Virus record (IMG/VR): IMGVR_UViG_3300011855_000001
Location: 1 to 64,000 of that record
Source of the DNA: an uncultured virus (IMG/VR IMGVR_UViG_3300011855_000001)
Taxonomy: Duplodnaviria; Heunggongvirae; Uroviricota; Caudoviricetes
DNA: 64,000 bases
Direction: 5' to 3' (one strand)
Shown here: positions 1-9,429 of the stretch, piece after piece
Layout: every line of letters starts with the position of its first letter
How positions within the stretch are numbered: the first letter of the stretch is position 1
Translations under genes and position numbers: made by a program
The notes under the pieces: generated by a model
The model's input: the letters and a program-made list of their open reading frames with translations, nothing else
Told to the model about the DNA's origin: nothing
Databases searched by the model: none

Positions 1-116
1 AATGGCCTGAGCCACCATCTAACCCGGCATATGAGCGTCTGGAGTATGCCGTCACCAAAATGCGCGAAGCGCTTACCCAGTTGAAGGAGAAAACCGATGC
101 CACTGCCACCGTTTAA
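1..116 (+). CDS. 3' end of a hypothetical protein (partial)
   Basis: Open frame from nt 3 (WPEPPSN...TATV*) overlapping the next gene's RBS and start. Confidence 0.5.
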   Translation, partial: WPEPPSNPAYERLEYAVTKMREALTQLKEKTDATATV

Positions 117-516
117 TGACACATTCCCGCACGTATCAGTTGAGGTCAGCGAACTGAATCAGCTGCGGGCCATCAGGGACGCCGCAATGCAGCTGCTGCG
201 CTGCAAAGGTCGCTACCACTCCGAACTCAATTACAAAGCGCTGGCTGAGGCGCTGGGCGTTACCTCAATCCCTGACTTTAGCCCGTGGCATGACCGAAAT
301 AAAACCCAGCCTATCCTGCCGGAATCACAGGTGGCCGGAGGTGACATTCTTGATGCGTTTCCGGTACTGACGCGCTGGAAGGGGCAACGGAATCCCTGCG
401 TCGGCTACTATATTGGCAATAACCAATTCCAGCACGCTGACGGAACATTAGAGGGATCGGTTGGCTGGGGTGGCAAGGTTTACCAGTGTGTTGAATGGCT
501 GGAGTTGCCAGAATGA
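97..516 (+). CDS. hypothetical phage protein with a DUF551-like C-terminus
   Basis: AAGGAG RBS; ends VEWLELPE, resembling the xWxxLPE end of DUF551-type proteins. Confidence 0.65.
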   Translation: MPLPPFNDTFPHVSVEVSELNQLRAIRDAAMQLLRCKGRYHSELNYKALAEALGVTSIPDFSPWHDRNKTQPILPESQVAGGDILDAFPVLTRWKGQRNPCVGYYIGNNQFQHADGTLEGSVGWGGKVYQCVEWLELPE

Positions 517-752
517 CCGCGCGTGCATACATGGGGCCGAAGCGCCGGGATCAGTTTGTCGATCCGCTGCCGGGCGCAATCATGAAGGCACGCCAGATGA
601 ACATGGACGATCCGAACCACGCGCATTTCTGCGTCGTGCAGTGTCATGGGGAGGTGCAGGTGCTGCGGCATATCGACAGCAGCTGGCGAGTGCTCTACAG
701 CACGCGGCATGACGAGGAAAAGAAGACGTTTCTCCGGCAAAAGTACCATTAA
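513..752 (+). CDS. hypothetical protein
   Basis: ATGA overlap with the previous gene; followed by a terminator. Confidence 0.65.
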   Translation: MTARAYMGPKRRDQFVDPLPGAIMKARQMNMDDPNHAHFCVVQCHGEVQVLRHIDSSWRVLYSTRHDEEKKTFLRQKYH

Positions 753-780
753 AAATAAAGCCCCTTACGGGGCTTTTTTT
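752..780. terminator. bidirectional intrinsic terminator
   Basis: AAAGCCCC-TTAC-GGGGCTTT flanked by A and T runs, between convergent genes. Confidence 0.8.
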
Positions 781-3664
781 ATAGCGGTAAATCTTCCTGA
801 ATCGCGCCTACATCGAGGCATTCATGGATTGGAATGGCTACGCACGCCTTGGCACCGTCGCCGCGAACTACGCGCCGTTTGGTGCGCTCAGCGCCGGGGA
901 TTCGCATCAGCTGGCCCGGCAAGTTGGTAGAGAATGACTGCTCAGAGATCATCTTTTTAAGCTGACCGGGCATACTGACAAGCACCAGCACGCGCCCGTC
1001 AAATTCATCATATTTCATGCCCAGATAACTCAGCGCCGTAATGGCGTCATTCATCTGGATGCTGCCCGGAATATCCAGCTTGGCGTTATGCTTCCCGGCA
1101 TAGACGCGGGCCAGCAGGTCACGCACGGAATACTCAATCGTGTTGTATTTGACGAGGCTTGAGAGCAGGAAGGAAAGCGCCTGCTGGGCATCATCATCCT
1201 CTTTCTCAGGCAGGGAGTCAGACCAGTCGAATTGCTCCAGATAGGCCAGAGCGACTTCCTCAGACGGCGCAACATCGTGATCCAGCATATAGTCACCCGC
1301 CATGAGCGTGCCCAGCTGGTCAGTATTACGCTGCGAGCCAAAGGCTTTCAGGCCGATGCGCCGGAATACGTTTACGGCTTTCAGGATCTCCGGCATCAGC
1401 ATGACGCTGCGGGACACCCAGCGATCAGGGAATGACTCATCCTCAAGCTGGAGGCGCATTTCGTACTCGGTATCAAGCCAGACTTGCTTTGCTTCTGCGT
1501 CGGTTGGATCGGAGGCGTTGAGCTCCAGCAGGGTAAAGCGGTCGCTATCGGCTTTCTTGTCGATCTGCGGGTTGATGGAGCCGAACATAAACATGCTGCT
1601 GATCAGGTAGCTTTGTTCGTCACCTGAGGCTGAGCCTTTCGCAGTTTTAGCGCGGGACAGGCTGGATGCCTGCCGGGCCATCGTCATGACCGCAGCCATG
1701 CTTTCCTTGCTCTTACGGTCATTACTCTCCGCCTCATCCATCCCCACGGGCTGCGACTTATTACGCAGCGTCTGACGGATCCCCGCCTCTGACGAGTTAC
1801 CCTGGAAATACAGCATCGAATCGCCCAGAATCCCGGCGTAATGGTTGAGCACGGTGGATTTACCAGAGCCTGCTGGCCCGGTGATCCAGATGTGCGGACG
1901 CCATGGCAGGATCCCACAGATAGGCGCGAGGAATGTCCAGCCGCAAAGCAGGTTGGCGAACTGCGGACGCCGCCAGCGCAGGCGATTGGCAATATTCCGC
2001 ACTTCCCGCGCCTGCACATCCGTTAAGGCCGTCATAATTTTCACCAGCGGCTTGGTGATGGTGTAGACGTAACTGCCGGGAATGAAGCGCAGCGGGTGAT
2101 CTTTCCCGTTGTAAATCGCCCCGGTGCCATAATGGAAAATCAGCGCATCACCATCACGCCATGCGCCCGGCGCTCTTACCTTGGCCTCGTCGAACGGGCC
2201 AACGATGTGGGAGATTTTGATCAGGTCGTTTTGCGCGGTGGCAATCTCAAACTGATCCTTAGAGTTGAGGTAATGATCATCCCACCACTCCTTCGGAGCC
2301 AGCATATAGAGGTTGCTGGCCTGCATCTGATTGGTTTTCAGGTTAACGACTTCTTTCATCGCGTTGACGTAGAAGAAGTAATGGAGGCTGCGGTGCCCCA
2401 GAAAACGAAAATGCGGGTTATTGGAGTAAATCGCCCGGTCAATGCTGGCATTCTGGTTCATTTTCTCAGTGTCGAGAGCCTTGGCCCACGGGGCTGGCTC
2501 CTCTCCTGAGGCGTCGGCTGACTCCTCGCCTTCATCGTCATCCAGAGGGCTTGGCAGCACTGGCGGAGGAGGATTAAGCACGATGTCAAACTGCGCGGCT
2601 ACCACGTCCAGACCTTCACGGCAGTGCAGATCGTTGAAGTCGGTCGGCTCGCCTTCCAGTGACGCGAACTGCGGGAAGATAGCCTGACCGCCCAGAATCT
2701 CAGCAGCCTCTTTCCCCTTCTTGCGCCCGGCGTTGTTAGGGACGGATTTAACAAAGGTGAACTGGTCATTGTCACCGCCGATCAGGAAGCGGGGATTTTT
2801 CCCGGACTTTTTCAGCTTCTCTTTAAGCGCCTTGGCGACGTTGACGAGGTTCCCGGCATCCAGACAGACGATAACGGCGTGCCCGGTGGCTTCATGGATA
2901 GAGGCCCCGGTGGCGTAGCCCTCGCACAGGATGAAAACCATGCGGTCATTGATGGTCTTCGGCTTGCCGATCATGTGATAGCGGCCCATCTTCGCGCCGC
3001 CCGGTAAAAACAGCTTGTTGGTCGCGTCCTCAGGCACCGATGAAGGCGGGACGATGGCTTGGAGTGACCAGATTTTTTTCGGGTTGAACACATCCACCAG
3101 CGGCATCAGCAGCGCGGTATCTGTCAGCTTTTTCCAGTACCCCCGGTCTTCTTTCTCGACGGGAGGCACCCATACCGACCACGGGCCAACGCGGAGCCCG
3201 TAGGCTTTGACCTGCTTGGCTTTCAGGTAGTCATGGTCTGCTGGCACATCTTCACTGGCAGCATCCCAGATATTCGTTGCAATGACGGATTTCTTTTCTT
3301 CCTTCTCGGCACGCTCTTTCTGGCGCAACGCATCACGCGCAGCGCACTCAGCTTTAAACTTGGCCTTTTCCTCAGCCGACAGCGGGGCAAAGTTGCCTTC
3401 CATCTGCCATTTAATGCCTTCGGGGGAAGTTTTGCGGTGATCGCCAAAGACACCAGCCGGGCGATCATCGTAATAGAATTTAAACCATCCGGGCTCGCCA
3501 TGGCTGGCATCCTCAGGACGGAAGCGATCAGGCGGTGAGCCTGCGAGAGAAGGTAAAATTTCGCCGTGGTATTCAATACCAGCATCGAACATAGCAGCGC
3601 GAAAGGCTTCGGTAGCGTCTGCTAGTGTTGGTCTTTCTGAATAGTTATTAGATTCGTTAGCCAC
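779..3664 (-). CDS. DNA primase-helicase (TOPRIM + P-loop)
   Basis: TOPRIM motifs CEGYATG, DND and TDFND; Walker A GPAGSGKS; Walker B MDE; GTG start with AAGGA RBS. Confidence 0.85.
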   Translation of the reverse strand: MANESNNYSERPTLADATEAFRAAMFDAGIEYHGEILPSLAGSPPDRFRPEDASHGEPGWFKFYYDDRPAGVFGDHRKTSPEGIKWQMEGNFAPLSAEEKAKFKAECAARDALRQKERAEKEEKKSVIATNIWDAASEDVPADHDYLKAKQVKAYGLRVGPWSVWVPPVEKEDRGYWKKLTDTALLMPLVDVFNPKKIWSLQAIVPPSSVPEDATNKLFLPGGAKMGRYHMIGKPKTINDRMVFILCEGYATGASIHEATGHAVIVCLDAGNLVNVAKALKEKLKKSGKNPRFLIGGDNDQFTFVKSVPNNAGRKKGKEAAEILGGQAIFPQFASLEGEPTDFNDLHCREGLDVVAAQFDIVLNPPPPVLPSPLDDDEGEESADASGEEPAPWAKALDTEKMNQNASIDRAIYSNNPHFRFLGHRSLHYFFYVNAMKEVVNLKTNQMQASNLYMLAPKEWWDDHYLNSKDQFEIATAQNDLIKISHIVGPFDEAKVRAPGAWRDGDALIFHYGTGAIYNGKDHPLRFIPGSYVYTITKPLVKIMTALTDVQAREVRNIANRLRWRRPQFANLLCGWTFLAPICGILPWRPHIWITGPAGSGKSTVLNHYAGILGDSMLYFQGNSSEAGIRQTLRNKSQPVGMDEAESNDRKSKESMAAVMTMARQASSLSRAKTAKGSASGDEQSYLISSMFMFGSINPQIDKKADSDRFTLLELNASDPTDAEAKQVWLDTEYEMRLQLEDESFPDRWVSRSVMLMPEILKAVNVFRRIGLKAFGSQRNTDQLGTLMAGDYMLDHDVAPSEEVALAYLEQFDWSDSLPEKEDDDAQQALSFLLSSLVKYNTIEYSVRDLLARVYAGKHNAKLDIPGSIQMNDAITALSYLGMKYDEFDGRVLVLVSMPGQLKKMISEQSFSTNLPGQLMRIPGAERTKRRVVRGDGAKACVAIPIHECLDVGAIQEDLPL

Positions 3665-3673
3665 GTCTGTTCC

Positions 3674-3785
3674 TTAACAAATATCTAACATGAGCCCGCT
3701 CCGTTGTTTTAAGGATGCCGGGAGAAGGGTAAAGGAACGGAAACCCCGCTACCCGGTAGCTAATCGGGCAGTCCCCCGGCAAATG
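3674..3785 (-). promoter_or_regulatory. structured leader with a 5-codon mini-ORF upstream of the primase
   Basis: Nested stems; mini-ORF MLDIC* (3691-3674) whose TAA is part of the primase SD. Confidence 0.45.
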
Positions 3786-3833
3786 TCATATCTGACGGGT
3801 GCTAATTTAAGCCGCTTCGCTCGGAGTGTCTAA

Positions 3834-4283
3834 TCATTTTTGCACTTTTTTCTTATTGACGAACCACTGCTTAACGACTAACTCAGCCTCCTCCGGGCTG
3901 TTAGCGAAACCAGCGATGCCTCCGGCAGCATTCACCCGATCAATGGTCTCCTGCTGCTCTTTTGTCCGCTTCCCACCCTCGGAGCGTTTGGCATCAAAGA
4001 CGCTGTAAACTGCGATTTTGCTGCCCACCATTTCCGGCGTGATTTCTACAGTGATATACCCGTTGAGGTCAAGCGTGCCTGTAACAGATTCGCCTGAGGT
4101 CGTGGAGAAGCCCAGAGCGATGCTGCGGGGCTGTTTGATTAGCATCCCCTGCGGCGTCTTCGTGCAGCCGCGAGGGCCCAGCGAGGAGAGCCATGCACGC
4201 CCTGTGTTGATGCGGAAGAATCGCCCGCCAAGTTTCGACAGCTTGGCCCAGATCTGTTTTTGCGTTTCGTTTTCTAATGCCAT
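3834..4283 (-). CDS. VRR-NUC domain nuclease
   Basis: ENE.Q..I, FFRINTG, GTLDL, DAK, EQ and GGIAG pattern typical of VRR-NUC. Confidence 0.75.
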   Translation of the reverse strand: MALENETQKQIWAKLSKLGGRFFRINTGRAWLSSLGPRGCTKTPQGMLIKQPRSIALGFSTTSGESVTGTLDLNGYITVEITPEMVGSKIAVYSVFDAKRSEGGKRTKEQQETIDRVNAAGGIAGFANSPEEAELVVKQWFVNKKKVQK

Positions 4284-4299
4284 GGGATTGTCCTCTTGT

Positions 4300-4326
4300 A
4301 AAAAAGCGCCGGAGGTCGGCGCTTTG
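4300..4326 (-). terminator. intrinsic terminator after ssb
   Basis: AAAGCGCC/GGCGCTTT stem with a U-run on the minus strand. Confidence 0.65.
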
Positions 4327-4350
4327 GATTTTTATGCTATGAAGGCCAGA

Positions 4351-4872
4351 TTAGAACGGGATATCATCATCGAAGTCCATCGGTGGCTCAGAGCCTTGTC
4401 CGCCTTGCGTCTGATTTTGTGGTGGACGCTGCTGCTGGCGTGGCTGCTGATTGCCCTTAGGCTGCTGAGGCTGGCCCCAGCCCCCTTGTTGCTGGCCTCC
4501 GCCTTGGCCTTTTCCACTCTGCTGACCTTTGCTGTTCGGGCCCTTCTCGCCAAACTGGAAGGTATTAGCAAGGATCTCGGTCGTGTACTTCTTCACGCCG
4601 TCCTGCTCCCACTCGCGCGTCTGGAGTTTCCCATGCACTAAGATCTCATCGCCTTTGCGCATGTACTCGCCAACGACCTCAGCGGCTTTGTTCCATAATA
4701 CAACACGGTGCCACTCAGTTTTTTCTTTCTGTTCGCCCGTGTTCTTGTCGCGCCAGCGCTCGGAAGTCGCCACGCTCAGGGTACAGGTGGCAGCGCCGCC
4801 TGCGGTGTAACGTACCTCAGGATCCGCACCTAAGCGTCCCTGAACAATAACCATGTTAATTGATGCGCCCAT
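4351..4872 (-). CDS. ssb: single-stranded DNA-binding protein
   Basis: [20 protein letters not shown]-rich linker, C-terminal DFDDDIPF. Confidence 0.97.
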   Translation of the reverse strand: MGASINMVIVQGRLGADPEVRYTAGGAATCTLSVATSERWRDKNTGEQKEKTEWHRVVLWNKAAEVVGEYMRKGDEILVHGKLQTREWEQDGVKKYTTEILANTFQFGEKGPNSKGQQSGKGQGGGQQQGGWGQPQQPKGNQQPRQQQRPPQNQTQGGQGSEPPMDFDDDIPF

Positions 4873-4885
4873 TTATCGTTCCTCG

Positions 4886-6616
4886 TTAGAAATATTGCGG
4901 CTCATCGCCGTTTTGTTGCGGTTTGAAATAATCCAGCACGCTGGCACCATTTTTGATAGCTGAATAGACAACGCGCATGGCGCTGATATCGTCCATAGTG
5001 AAGTTTCCTACCGGGATCCCCATGTGGGCTTCCAGCTGTTCCTCGTTGACGCCAAAGGCAGCAAACGCAGCGATCAAGCGCTCGCAGCGGTCTTTGAGCA
5101 TCTGCTGCTCCTGCTCGATCTGGAGATAAACTTTCTTCATGCGGGCTTCCAGCATACGCTGAGCCCACTGCGGCTTATAACCACGCTCAGCAGCCAGCGC
5201 CAGCAGCTCGTCAAGTGTCTCAGCTCGCGCGGTCTCTTTGCGCTTCTGCGCGGACACGCGACGGGCTTCCTCCTTGGCGGCTTCCTTCTGGCGTTTCTTC
5301 ATCATTTCCGGCGTCAGCTCCAGCATGTTCTCGTCGGAGTGATCCAGCTTGAGGGCTACTGCACGCTCAATCTCCGCGCCGCAGTCCGGGCAGACCATAT
5401 CGACTCCTGACGCCGGGTTATTGAGACGATGGATGCGCCCGGCTTCCTTACCCTCGCCGCGATAGAAGACATAGAAGCATTTACCGCACTGCACCAGCGC
5501 ACTGCTGGCGCTGCTTTTCTTCTCGGTAAAGTCCATATCGCTGTCCAGCGACCATTCGCGCTCCATTTCAGCCGGGCCGTGCTCGAAGATCATCCCGGCA
5601 TGGTCGAGGACGTAGCAGCATTCTTTTCCCGGTGCCGGGCGCAGCCCGCGTCCGATAACCTGCAAATAGCTGGAGAGGGACATGGAGAGGCGCAGGAGGA
5701 TAATCACCTCGATCTCCGGCACATCCACGCCCTCGATCAGGATGCCGACGAAAGCGACCATCAGCAGCTCACGCCGGGCCAGTCTGCCCAGCACGTCAGC
5801 GCGGCGCTCGTCATCATCCTCACCGCAGAGCACTTCTGCCGGAATGCCTGCCCGGCTGAATTCATCCGCTACGTGAGTGGCGTGCGCGATGGTAACGCAC
5901 CATGCGATCCCCGGCTTGCCATAGCACTTCGCCCGGTACTGCTTAACGGCGTCGCCGTTGAGCGCTGGCGTGTCCATGGCTTCCTCAACCTGCTGCTGGT
6001 TGTAGTCGCCCATCTTCGTGGTGAACTGCGAGGTATTGACGCGGGTCTCACCGACGAAATAGCGCGGACGTACCAGGAATCCGCGACGAATCAGCTCACC
6101 AATAGAGATAACCTGAATCAGGCGATCAAAGTGCCCGCCATACTCGCGGCCCAGTGGCTTGTTATCCAGACGGCAAGGGGAGCCAGTAACGCCCAGCACT
6201 TTGGCATTAGGCCAGTGAGCCAGAATTTTGTGGTAGGTCGCTGCCGCCGACAGATGCGATTCGTCGATAACGATGATGTCAGGCGTGAAGGGGCATTTTT
6301 TGAGGCGGCGAGCCAGTGACTGAATAGACGCCACCTGCACCAGATGATGATACTGCTCGCGGTTCCCAGCCATGATAATGCCGTGGGGAATACCGAAAGC
6401 GGACATTTTAGCCGACGCCTGCTTGATCAACAGATCGCGGTGCGCCAGCACCAGCACGCGTCGGCCTTTTAATGCCGCGTTTTTGGCTATCTCGCAGAAA
6501 ACTACAGTCTTACCTGCACCTGTAGCCATGACCAAAAGCACACCGCGAACCTCGCGGAAGGCGACGCGTGTCGCACTGACTGCATCGCCCTGATAATCAC
6601 GCAGCTCAAAAGCCAT
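4886..6616 (-). CDS. superfamily 2 helicase with a Zn-finger
   Basis: LRDYQ, ATGAGKT, DESH, TGSP, QVIGRGLR; CxxC...CxxC. Confidence 0.92.
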   Translation of the reverse strand: MAFELRDYQGDAVSATRVAFREVRGVLLVMATGAGKTVVFCEIAKNAALKGRRVLVLAHRDLLIKQASAKMSAFGIPHGIIMAGNREQYHHLVQVASIQSLARRLKKCPFTPDIIVIDESHLSAAATYHKILAHWPNAKVLGVTGSPCRLDNKPLGREYGGHFDRLIQVISIGELIRRGFLVRPRYFVGETRVNTSQFTTKMGDYNQQQVEEAMDTPALNGDAVKQYRAKCYGKPGIAWCVTIAHATHVADEFSRAGIPAEVLCGEDDDERRADVLGRLARRELLMVAFVGILIEGVDVPEIEVIILLRLSMSLSSYLQVIGRGLRPAPGKECCYVLDHAGMIFEHGPAEMEREWSLDSDMDFTEKKSSASSALVQCGKCFYVFYRGEGKEAGRIHRLNNPASGVDMVCPDCGAEIERAVALKLDHSDENMLELTPEMMKKRQKEAAKEEARRVSAQKRKETARAETLDELLALAAERGYKPQWAQRMLEARMKKVYLQIEQEQQMLKDRCERLIAAFAAFGVNEEQLEAHMGIPVGNFTMDDISAMRVVYSAIKNGASVLDYFKPQQNGDEPQYF

Positions 6617-6670
6617 CTTTCTCTCCGTGAACGAGTGCGGAATAAAGGGGGAAGGGGCCGCACCCGTTAA

Positions 6671-7012
6671 TTATTTTGCTTTCTTTTCTTCTCGCTCTTG
6701 GCGCAGGAATTCCCCGCGCTGTTCGTCGGTCATGCTTTCCAGCATATCCCGGCGCTCCTGCTGAGCGGCTTCTACTTTTACCAGCTCGTCGATAAAGAGA
6801 TCAACGACCATGATGGATTTCGGGATGCGCTCGAACCAGCGATCCGGTGTAGAGCGGCTAACGCCCGCTCGACGGCAGAGCTCAGCAATAGAGATACCGC
6901 AGGCATCAGCACGTTTGCGGATGTCTTTAATCCTCAGGTCGAAGTCCTCAGAAAACGAGCGTTCGAACTCAGGCGCTTTAACTGGGGGCTTAATGCCTTT
7001 TCGTGGTGCCAT
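6671..7012 (-). CDS. Cro-like HTH DNA-binding protein
   Basis: ISIAELCRRAGVSRST HTH; first gene of a divergent operon. Confidence 0.7.
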   Translation of the reverse strand: MAPRKGIKPPVKAPEFERSFSEDFDLRIKDIRKRADACGISIAELCRRAGVSRSTPDRWFERIPKSIMVVDLFIDELVKVEAAQQERRDMLESMTDEQRGEFLRQEREEKKAK

Positions 7013-7080
7013 TTTATACTCCGTTTACAAATCGGCTCGATGTTATCTAATTTGCAGCGATTACGCCACAGGATTATCAC

Positions 7081-7109
7081 TTGCAGCGTCCAAAATTTGC
7101 GTATAGAAT
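7081..7109 (+). promoter_or_regulatory. sigma70-like promoter of the recombination operon
   Basis: TTGCAG-17nt-TAGAAT. Confidence 0.7.
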
Positions 7110-7140
7110 CGCCGTCACACCCCAAACGATGGACGCTAAC

Positions 7141-8028
7141 ATGAAAACTATCGGATATTCAGAGCACCCGTTAGGCTTCGTTGATATTGATAACGACGCC
7201 TATCACGCAGGGCCGGGGGTCAGTAAATCACACCTTGACCTGATTCGTCGTAAGTCACCGAAACATTACTGGCACCGTTACCTTAACCCAGAGCGCGAGC
7301 CTGAGGAGAAGACCGTACCCATGATCGTTGGGCAGGCGACGCACTTTGCGATCCTCCAGCCTGAGCTCTTTGAGTTGCGCGTGGTAAAAGGGCTGGAACA
7401 TGCCCGCCGTTCAAACGCAGAGAAGCAGGCATGGTCTGAGTTTGAGGCCGCTAATAAAGGCAATTACATCGTAAGCGCCGATATGTACGACCGGATCCGC
7501 TACATCCGCGACGCCGTTTGGTCAGAGCCTGAGTGCGCTGGCTTGCTGGCGGGGATCATCCCTGAGCAGTCCGTATATGGATTGATGGATATCCCGACGC
7601 TGGAAGGTGACGAGCTCGTTACCGATGAAAATGGTGTGGTGATGCAGGGGCTGGTTAAGTGCCAGTTTGACGGCATCGCGCCGGACTTCTCTTATGCGCT
7701 CGACCTGAAAAGCACGGAAGATGCCAGCGAGGAGGGCTTTGCCCGTTCCATGGCTAACTACCGTTATGACGTGCAGGATGCCTGGTATGAAATGGTCAGC
7801 GAATCGGCCTTTAACCGTCACCCTGAGGAATTCATTTTCCTGTGTTATGAGAAAGAGCCGCCTTACGTGTCCGGGATCTACTGGTGTACTAAGACTGACC
7901 GTATGCTGGCATCACAGGCCGCACGCCGCGACTTTGCGAAAATTGAGCATCATCGCCGCCTTGGGGTATGGCCTCAGTACAGCGCCACACCTCGCACTAT
8001 CAGCCTGCCCGGCTGGTATCGTCGTTAA
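7141..8028 (+). CDS. RecE/exonuclease VIII-like PD-(D/E)XK nuclease
   Basis: YHAGPGVSKSHLD, GQATH, KCQFD, DLKST, YRYDVQDAWY. Confidence 0.85.
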   Translation: MKTIGYSEHPLGFVDIDNDAYHAGPGVSKSHLDLIRRKSPKHYWHRYLNPEREPEEKTVPMIVGQATHFAILQPELFELRVVKGLEHARRSNAEKQAWSEFEAANKGNYIVSADMYDRIRYIRDAVWSEPECAGLLAGIIPEQSVYGLMDIPTLEGDELVTDENGVVMQGLVKCQFDGIAPDFSYALDLKSTEDASEEGFARSMANYRYDVQDAWYEMVSESAFNRHPEEFIFLCYEKEPPYVSGIYWCTKTDRMLASQAARRDFAKIEHHRRLGVWPQYSATPRTISLPGWYRR

Positions 8029-8046
8029 TTTAAAAGGAAGCCCATC

Positions 8047-9381
8047 ATGTATGTTACTCGCGTAAAAATTACCAACGTTCTCGGCATTGATCACCTCGAC
8101 TTTGAGCCGGGCAAAATCACTGAGATCTCCGGCCCTAACGGCTCCGGTAAAACTTCCGTGCTGGAAACCATTCAGGCCGTGTTGAAAGGCGGTAACGATG
8201 CTACCCTGCTGCGTAAGGGTGCCGCCAAAGGTGAAGCCGTTCTGGTACTGGATGACGGCACGGAGATCACCCGCGCCATTACTGCGACCACCAGCACGAC
8301 GACCGTCCGCGACGCCGAAGGGAAGAAGCAGCCCCGACCTTCTGACATCCTGCGTAACCTGACCGACCTTTACAGCGCTAACCCGGTTGAATTCCTCCGT
8401 GCCCCGAAAAAAGACCGTGTGCGCGTGCTGCTGGAGACCATGCCACTCAAAGTGGATGCCGCTGCCATTGAGGAGATTACCGGGGAGCCGTGCAGCGCGA
8501 CCGAAAACGCCCATGCGGTAGACGTGATCAACGGTCTGCATAAGGGCTACTACGACGAGCGCACTGGCGTTAACCGCGTCATTGACGAGAAGAAAAAAAG
8601 CATCAAGCAGCTGAAAGAGGCGGTGCCTGAGGCCCCGGCTGGCGTTGAGGGCAGCGAGGACGAGATCCGCATTGCCATTAAGACTGCCGACGATGCCCGC
8701 GACGCGGAAGAAAAGCGCATCAGCGAGAAGCTGAGCACCATTAAGACGCAGATGGCAGAAGAAGCCGGGAAGATTGATACCGCGCTGGCTGAGGCCATTG
8801 CCAAGCTCCAGCAGGAAGCGGAAGCCAACAAACAGGCGCTGCGTGACAAGCTGGCTGGCATTCAGGTTGCCGCTGAGAAGCAGCGCACTAAAAACATCAC
8901 CACCCACAGCGAGACCACGGCACCGCTGATCGCCGCGCTGAATCTGATTGTGGCGAACCGTGACGCGCACGCCAAACGTGAGCAGACGCTGAAAAACATC
9001 ACCCAGCTGGAAACCGACCTCGAAAAATTCCAGGATGATGCGCTGCGTCTGGATAAGATCATGGCTGGTCTGGAGGCGTACAAAGCGACGCTGCTGGCAT
9101 CCCTGCCGATCCCCGGTCTGGAAGTCCGCGCGGGCGAGATCTTCCGTGATGATGTAGCTTTTGACCGTCTGAACACGGCTCAGCAGGTGAGCATCGCGGT
9201 GGAGATCGCCAAGCTGCGCACGGGTGAGCTCGGCTGCTGCTGTGTGGACGGTCTGGAGTTGCTGGATCCTGCTGCGTATGAGGCATTCAAAGCGCAGGCC
9301 GTAGAATCGGGCCTCCAGATGTTTATTTCTAAGGTGACGGGCGAAGATTTTACTATTAATCCGCAGGGCACTGTAGCATAA
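8047..9381 (+). CDS. SMC/Rad50-like ATPase with coiled coil
   Basis: Walker A GPNGSGKT, long coiled coil, LNTAQQ signature, variant Walker B VDGLELLD. Confidence 0.8.
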   Translation: MYVTRVKITNVLGIDHLDFEPGKITEISGPNGSGKTSVLETIQAVLKGGNDATLLRKGAAKGEAVLVLDDGTEITRAITATTSTTTVRDAEGKKQPRPSDILRNLTDLYSANPVEFLRAPKKDRVRVLLETMPLKVDAAAIEEITGEPCSATENAHAVDVINGLHKGYYDERTGVNRVIDEKKKSIKQLKEAVPEAPAGVEGSEDEIRIAIKTADDARDAEEKRISEKLSTIKTQMAEEAGKIDTALAEAIAKLQQEAEANKQALRDKLAGIQVAAEKQRTKNITTHSETTAPLIAALNLIVANRDAHAKREQTLKNITQLETDLEKFQDDALRLDKIMAGLEAYKATLLASLPIPGLEVRAGEIFRDDVAFDRLNTAQQVSIAVEIAKLRTGELGCCCVDGLELLDPAAYEAFKAQAVESGLQMFISKVTGEDFTINPQGTVA

Positions 9382-9429
9382 TCATTTTTGCTTAAAGGCG
9401 GGGCGCAAGCCCCCTAACGGAGTCATATA

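Noticed and set aside
7052..7088. TTGCAGCG direct repeat in the divergent promoter gap as origin iterons
   Set aside because: Only two 8-bp copies, one of which is the -35 box; not enough to call an origin
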